Source: Chitinophagales bacterium
GTDB lineage: Bacteria > Bacteroidota > Bacteroidia > Chitinophagales > CAIOSU01
DNA length: 64,000 bases
Reading direction: 5' to 3'
NCBI GenBank assembly: GCA_034440455.1
Contig: JAWXCB010000077.1
Span: forward strand, 33,679 to 97,678
How positions within the stretch are numbered: position 1 is the first letter of the stretch; every line of letters starts with the position of its first letter. The notes under the pieces were generated by a model. It was given only the letters and a program-made list of their open reading frames with translations, was not told the DNA's origin and made no database searches. Both the position numbers and the translations under genes were made by a program. This document shows positions 63,438-64,000 of the stretch, in pieces.

Positions 63438-63623
63438 TCAGGAAGAATTCCAGAATGAGTTGGAGCGATGGGTGTAGGTGTTTAGATCGCTACCCTGTAA
63501 CTTAATGATATGTTTTATCAGCTCTCTTCTAACTCCGAAAATCCGAAACAACGCTTCAAAGGAAACAAAGATGAATACAGCAATAAAAAACAGATATTTC
63601 CAATTTGCCCGTTTCAGTTGCAT
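63438..63623 (-). other. short ORF resembling an isolated N-terminal TM anchor (possible gene remnant)
   Basis: 61 aa, MQLKRANWKYLFFIAVFIFVSFEALFRIFGV... then a stop. It resembles the N-terminal anchors of the SGNH-like genes at 39312-39689 and 39707-40867. Confidence 0.3.
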
Positions 63624-64000
63624 CGTGTCATTCTTTCAAAAGATAGAGGATATTTGACTTCGATACTCTCAGCAACCGATTTCGCAAAAACAGCATATCC
63701 TTTAGAATTATAGTGACCATCATTAGTCCAATAGTATTGCTCAATATTTTCCTTGTTAAAAAATTTACCAAGCTGTTCATATAGGACAATATTCATTATT
63801 GCCAATGAATCCAACGCTGAAGCTATGGGTCGAATATTATTTTTATTTGAAAAACTGCCTTTGAATTCTACGGGAGTTGGATGCAACACCGCGATGAAAT
63901 TCGCTCCATGCATTTTGCAAAGTTTGTTGAAATCGTCAAGGCACTGCACAATAGCTTCCCGCGCTTCTTGGTCAATCTTTTCGGAATTTTCTTCTTTCAT
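63614..64000 (-). CDS. SGNH/AlgJ-like protein, C-terminal part (5' end beyond window)
   Basis: The frame is open to the window edge. ANFIAVLHPTPVEF and YYWTNDGHYNSKGYAVFAKSVAESI are homologous to the C-terminus of 38746-39129 (YWQKDGHNNSRGYQLWADAL). Confidence 0.55.
   Translation of the reverse strand: MKEENSEKIDQEAREAIVQCLDDFNKLCKMHGANFIAVLHPTPVEFKGSFSNKNNIRPIASALDSLAIMNIVLYEQLGKFFNKENIEQYYWTNDGHYNSKGYAVFAKSVAESIEVKYPLSFERMTRCN

Noticed and set aside
10180-64000. Mobile genetic element, integrative island or prophage interpretation of the accessory region
   Set aside because: No integrase, transposase, recombinase, phage structural or conjugation genes were recognisable. No direct repeat of the tRNA 3' end was noticed. 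The tRNA-adjacent position alone is not enough.
1-64000. CRISPR arrays or rRNA genes
   Set aside because: I saw no regularly spaced direct repeats with unique spacers and no rRNA-like sequence. The only tandem repeat is the 21-nt in-frame repeat at 54817-54879.

Overview
The window looks like a Bacteroidota-type chromosome segment. That placement is an inference from gene content, frequent TTG/GTG starts, lipoprotein and TAT-like signals, and REP-like palindromes.

Positions 1 to ~10.1 kb are housekeeping. They hold the 5' two-thirds of sucA (minus strand, absent from the ORF track), a decayed RelE/ParE toxin with an intact antitoxin, an rlmD-like methyltransferase and a STAS plus RsbW-like partner-switching pair. 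They also hold a PIN-toxin fragment, erpA/iscA, a split 5'-nucleotidase, dnaA, tRNA-Ser(GCU) and tRNA-Pro(UGG).

From ~10.2 kb to the window end (~54 kb) I recognise only accessory, envelope- or tailoring-type genes. I saw no integrase, transposase, CRISPR array or rRNA gene.

The main feature is an ABC-2 (Wzm/Wzt-type) exporter whose permease and ATPase genes are separated by an array of PhyH-family Fe(II)/2-oxoglutarate dioxygenases. The ATPase gene is translationally coupled to that array. The window holds 13 PhyH genes with 15 catalytic domains.

The rest of the island contains:
- three other oxygenase types: a P4H-like protein with an HxH motif, a JmjC/cupin and an AspH/LpxO-like protein
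- five B12-binding (class B) radical SAM enzymes
- two tandem radical SAM paralogs with an N-terminal twitch/SPASM-like Cys domain
- two DPM1-like GT2 genes
- one PMT/TMTC-like GT-C protein with a TPR tail
- three paralogous uncharacterised polytopic membrane proteins sharing a C-terminal CxC motif
- two DUF1800-DUF1501 pairs, one frameshifted
- a pentaheme c-type cytochrome lipoprotein
- several SGNH-like genes, one frameshifted and one a fragment

I know of no characterised system with this combination. The substrate (glycan, lipid or peptide) cannot be read from the sequence. All family assignments rest on motifs read by eye and need HMM or structure confirmation.
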